A stretch of DNA of 7,799 nt. It comes from Okeania sp. (lineage in GTDB: Bacteria; Cyanobacteriota; Cyanobacteriia; Cyanobacteriales; Microcoleaceae). The translations under genes were made by a program, and so were the position numbers. The notes under the pieces are model-generated. The model was not told where the DNA came from. It was given only the letters and a program-made list of their open reading frames with translations, and made no database searches. The stretch spans positions 1 to 7,799 of the forward strand of contig NZ_JAYKGW010000064.1 of NCBI RefSeq assembly GCF_035285525.1, read 5' to 3'. This document shows positions 5,431 to 7,799 of the stretch, piece by piece. Each line of letters opens with the position of its first letter. Positions within the stretch are counted from its first letter, which is position 1.

Positions 5431-5535
5431 CCATCATTTCCGGACTACCTAACATTAAAGCAGCTTGTCAATCACCTGGATTCTAATAAGCTTATTAATT
5501 GTATAAAATTTCCTCTTTTCATAATACCTCAAAAT
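5427..5535 (-). pseudogene. Chimeric relic in which a copy of the DUF1501 start region is fused to a copy of the DUF1800 3' end
   Basis: Positions 5427-5484 match the DUF1800 3' end (5787-5844) with 2 mismatches in 58. Positions 5483-5535 match the DUF1501 start region and RBS (4991-5043) with 4 mismatches in 53. On the minus strand the relic reads MKRGNFIQLISLLESR*, compared with MKRRNFIQLTSLLAASG in the real gene. Confidence 0.8.
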
Positions 5536-5782
5536 TAAGTTATCAATTATCAGTTACAGCAAATTCCAAATACATTAAGTAAAGATTTCATTATTAGTCG
5601 TCTCAGTGCGATTTTTCGGGAACTGTGCATCTTGCTCCCGTGAGTTTACCTCTCAATCAGTTATCATTACCTCCTATGAATTACAGTTTGAATAGTAAAA
5701 TTATTGTAGTGCGCGCATCTTGCCCGCGACAATAGAAAATTAGAGATTAAAAAAACTCTTTCATTATCAATTATCCATTATT

Positions 5783-7264
5783 TTACCTTTCCATCATTTC
5801 CGGACTACCTAACATTAAAGCAGCTTGTAAATTACCTGGATTCTGATTAATTACAGCTTCAGTTTGAGGAGAAAAATTATTTCCTAATGTCACCCTTAGT
5901 TGCTCATGATTTATTGGTTTAGGTTTCCCTTGATTTAACTGCCCACGAGAGATAATTGTCGCAAAGCTAGTTCGACGAATTATAGCATCAGAATTTAACC
6001 AAGCATCTCTAGTATTTTTATAACCGTCAGGAGTAGCACAGCTATAAAGAGGCATTCCTAGTTGGGATAACATTCCATTAATTCTACCAAATTTAGGTTG
6101 GTCAATACCCGCAGCTCTCACTACAGAAATAATATATTGATAAGGAGTTTTAAATTTATTGCCGTAGTATTTTTCATCCCAAAATTCATTACTAGCAAAT
6201 AAGGTTCCTAATACAGAACGAATGTCACCTTTAGTTTCTTGAAATCTTTTAGCTAATTTATCAATTAGAGTTTCTGGAGGTTCATCGGCAACAAAATATT
6301 GAGCTAATTTATAACTAATAAAACGAGCAGTAGATGGATGATTTGCCAAAATATCTAAAGCTTTTTCTCCTTCTGCCATTCCACCTCCTTTTATGGGTAT
6401 TCCTAAGAATATTTTATCCTTATTATCATGGCGGTTGGCATCAAACTTAAATCCACTGCCATCTCCAGTACGACGTTGTATTCCCCAACCTGTAAAAATC
6501 TTGGCTAAAGTAATAATATCTTCTTGTTTATAACCTCCATTTACCCCCAGAGTATGAAGTTCCATAAGTTCCCGGGCATAGTTTTCATTTAACCCTTTAA
6601 ATATGCCCCGAACACCTTTACTTCCTGGTGCAGTATTTAGCCAATTATCTAAATAGAATAACATGGCTGGATGATGGGCCGTTGCTCCTAATAAATCCCG
6701 AAAATTACCAAGTGCATAAGGTCGAATTGCATCTCTTTCATAAGTTCCTATCCAAAGACGAACTGCTCGCCCTTTTGTAACAGAAACATTGAAGTGATTA
6801 AACCAAAAGTTAATCATTACTTCTTCCAGTTGTCTATTACTAGATATGGCTCTGATTAAGTTAGCTTGTATAGCTTCGTTGACAACTTTTTTTGTCCCCT
6901 GACGTCTGGCTTTTTTTTCTTTTTCAGTTGCTTGTTTTTTTTGGTTTGGTGGCAGAGGACCGTACTGTTGAAAAAGCTGAACAGGAGTTAAATATAAAGT
7001 TTTTAAAGTAGATAATTTGTTTGTGAATTGTTGAGATTCTTTAATAGTTTCTGGTCTCAGTTGAGATTGAACATAATTATCAATTCCCATAGATCTAACT
7101 TGTTGTATATCTCCTGGTCTAGGACCAAAAGTCAAACGATTTAAAACATGGATTGTTTGACTATTAGTAGATTGACTATCGGTGTAGCTAGGACTTGATA
7201 ATCCTAACAAAATCATTAACCCTAATAGCAAAGATATAATCCAGTACCTAGAGGCTTTTATCAT
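5783..7264 (-). CDS. DUF1800 domain protein (493 aa) with an N-terminal hydrophobic signal or anchor
   Basis: LNRLTFGPRPGD near the N-terminus, NFWFNHFNV, and ENYARELMELHTLGVNGGYKQEDI..FTGW are motifs I recognise as DUF1800. AGGAGA (plus-strand tctcct, 7273-7278) lies 8 nt upstream of the ATG. The hydrophobic stretch YWIISLLLGLMILLGL is near the N-terminus. Confidence 0.9.
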   Translation of the reverse strand: MIKASRYWIISLLLGLMILLGLSSPSYTDSQSTNSQTIHVLNRLTFGPRPGDIQQVRSMGIDNYVQSQLRPETIKESQQFTNKLSTLKTLYLTPVQLFQQYGPLPPNQKKQATEKEKKARRQGTKKVVNEAIQANLIRAISSNRQLEEVMINFWFNHFNVSVTKGRAVRLWIGTYERDAIRPYALGNFRDLLGATAHHPAMLFYLDNWLNTAPGSKGVRGIFKGLNENYARELMELHTLGVNGGYKQEDIITLAKIFTGWGIQRRTGDGSGFKFDANRHDNKDKIFLGIPIKGGGMAEGEKALDILANHPSTARFISYKLAQYFVADEPPETLIDKLAKRFQETKGDIRSVLGTLFASNEFWDEKYYGNKFKTPYQYIISVVRAAGIDQPKFGRINGMLSQLGMPLYSCATPDGYKNTRDAWLNSDAIIRRTSFATIISRGQLNQGKPKPINHEQLRVTLGNNFSPQTEAVINQNPGNLQAALMLGSPEMMER

Positions 7265-7511
7265 TAGTTATTTCTCCTGAAATACTCTAATTTTGTGCTT
7301 TTGGTAAATATTCTTGACAAAACAATTATAACTCTAATATGGTAATTTTACCACTATTAAATTTCTTCCCAAAAATCAGGAATTATTTTATATTCTTTAA
7401 GTGAGGATTGAAGCATTCGGTTATTAGCTTTTTGAGGTAAGTATTTGTTTAACTTCTAATGCTACAGGACTTACCCATGGTTAAACTCGTTAATTTTCAG
7501 CAATATGTGAG

Positions 7512-7567
7512 CTTTGTAACACAGCCTGGCTGTACAAGCAAGATTCTGAGTCTTTGTAACACAGCCT
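7512..7567. repeat. 16-bp perfect direct repeat ctttgtaacacagcct, two copies 40 bp apart
   Basis: Copies lie at 7512-7527 and 7552-7567. The first runs into the palindrome acagcc-t-ggctgt (7521-7533). Confidence 0.85.
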
Positions 7568-7652
7568 TCTTTTGCTGTAACAACCTGGAAGGTTGTGTTA
7601 CCAAATACAGCCTTCTTTTGCTGTAACAACCTGGAAGGTTGTGTTACCAAAA
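7561..7652. repeat. Perfect 46-bp tandem duplication, each unit containing an imperfect hairpin
   Basis: acagccttcttttgctgtaacaacctggaaggttgtgttaccaaat occurs at 7561-7606 and 7607-7652 with no mismatch. Each unit contains gtaacaacc-tggaa-ggttgtgttac. Confidence 0.95.
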
Positions 7653-7799
7653 TAATGAAACAGCCCAATTAAGGTAAGCTCATCTAAAAGAGCCTTAACA
7701 GAAGGCATGGAGAACAGTGATCATATAATTGTTGTTCATAGCAGCCTGGTTCATTTTTTGGCGAAGCCTGGGTTTAAATGTTCTCTCTTGATGTAGAAC

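Noticed and set aside
5439-5804. TCCGGA hexamers (5439-5444 and 5799-5804), considered as DIF-type heterocyst-specific -35 elements
   Set aside because: A palindromic hexamer is expected about twice by chance in 7.8 kb. Both copies exist only because the DUF1800 3' end is duplicated. Only the 5799 copy has a passable -10 (AATAAT at 16 nt), so the evidence is insufficient.
7512-7652. NtcA-type GTA-N8-TAC sites among the GTAAC motifs
   Set aside because: I checked each GTA. None is followed by TAC after 8 nt, and the spacings I measured were 14 and 19 nt.
7471-7668. Track ORF of 65 aa on the minus strand
   Set aside because: It spans the perfect 46-bp tandem duplication and the 16-mer repeats. 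The reading frame exists only because the repeats lack stops.
7696-7796. Very short ORFs near the right edge (29 aa on the plus strand from 7707; 19 aa on the minus strand from 7755)
   Set aside because: They have no SD and no recognisable motif, and their lengths are well within chance expectation for AT-rich DNA.

Overview
This is low-GC DNA with two HIP1 octamers (GCGATCGC at 1570-1577 and 3860-3867). It is densely packed with small hairpin-forming dispersed repeats, which I associate with filamentous (Nostocales-type) cyanobacteria; that taxon call is inference. Four protein genes are well supported. (1) An aldo/keto reductase lies at 511-1455 (+). (2) An AT-rich orphan gene at 2066-3139 (-) encodes a tandemly duplicated N-terminal module I cannot assign to any family. 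This module is joined by an NIS-repeat linker to a DUF559/Vsr-like PD-(D/E)xK nuclease domain. (3, 4) An exported DUF1800 gene (5783-7264, -) and a Tat-signal DUF1501 gene (3804-5030, -) form a pair. The nuclease gene sits between two damaged, about 91% identical, same-orientation copies of a small antitoxin-like ORF (1659-1877 and 3457-3639). Each copy ends in the same perfect 13-bp-stem palindromic hairpin. The rest of the window is repeat architecture. A 57-bp tandem array is cut by the left edge. Short duplications of gene termini occur in three places: the small ORF 3' end, the DUF1501 3' end, and a chimeric DUF1501-5'/DUF1800-3' junction inside the 752-bp spacer that splits the DUF1800-DUF1501 pair. 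A perfect 46-bp tandem duplication lies upstream of DUF1800. I saw no tRNA, rRNA, CRISPR array, transposase or integrase. The best candidate for something new is the duplicated-module nuclease cassette and its bracketing repeats. Its function cannot be established from sequence alone.
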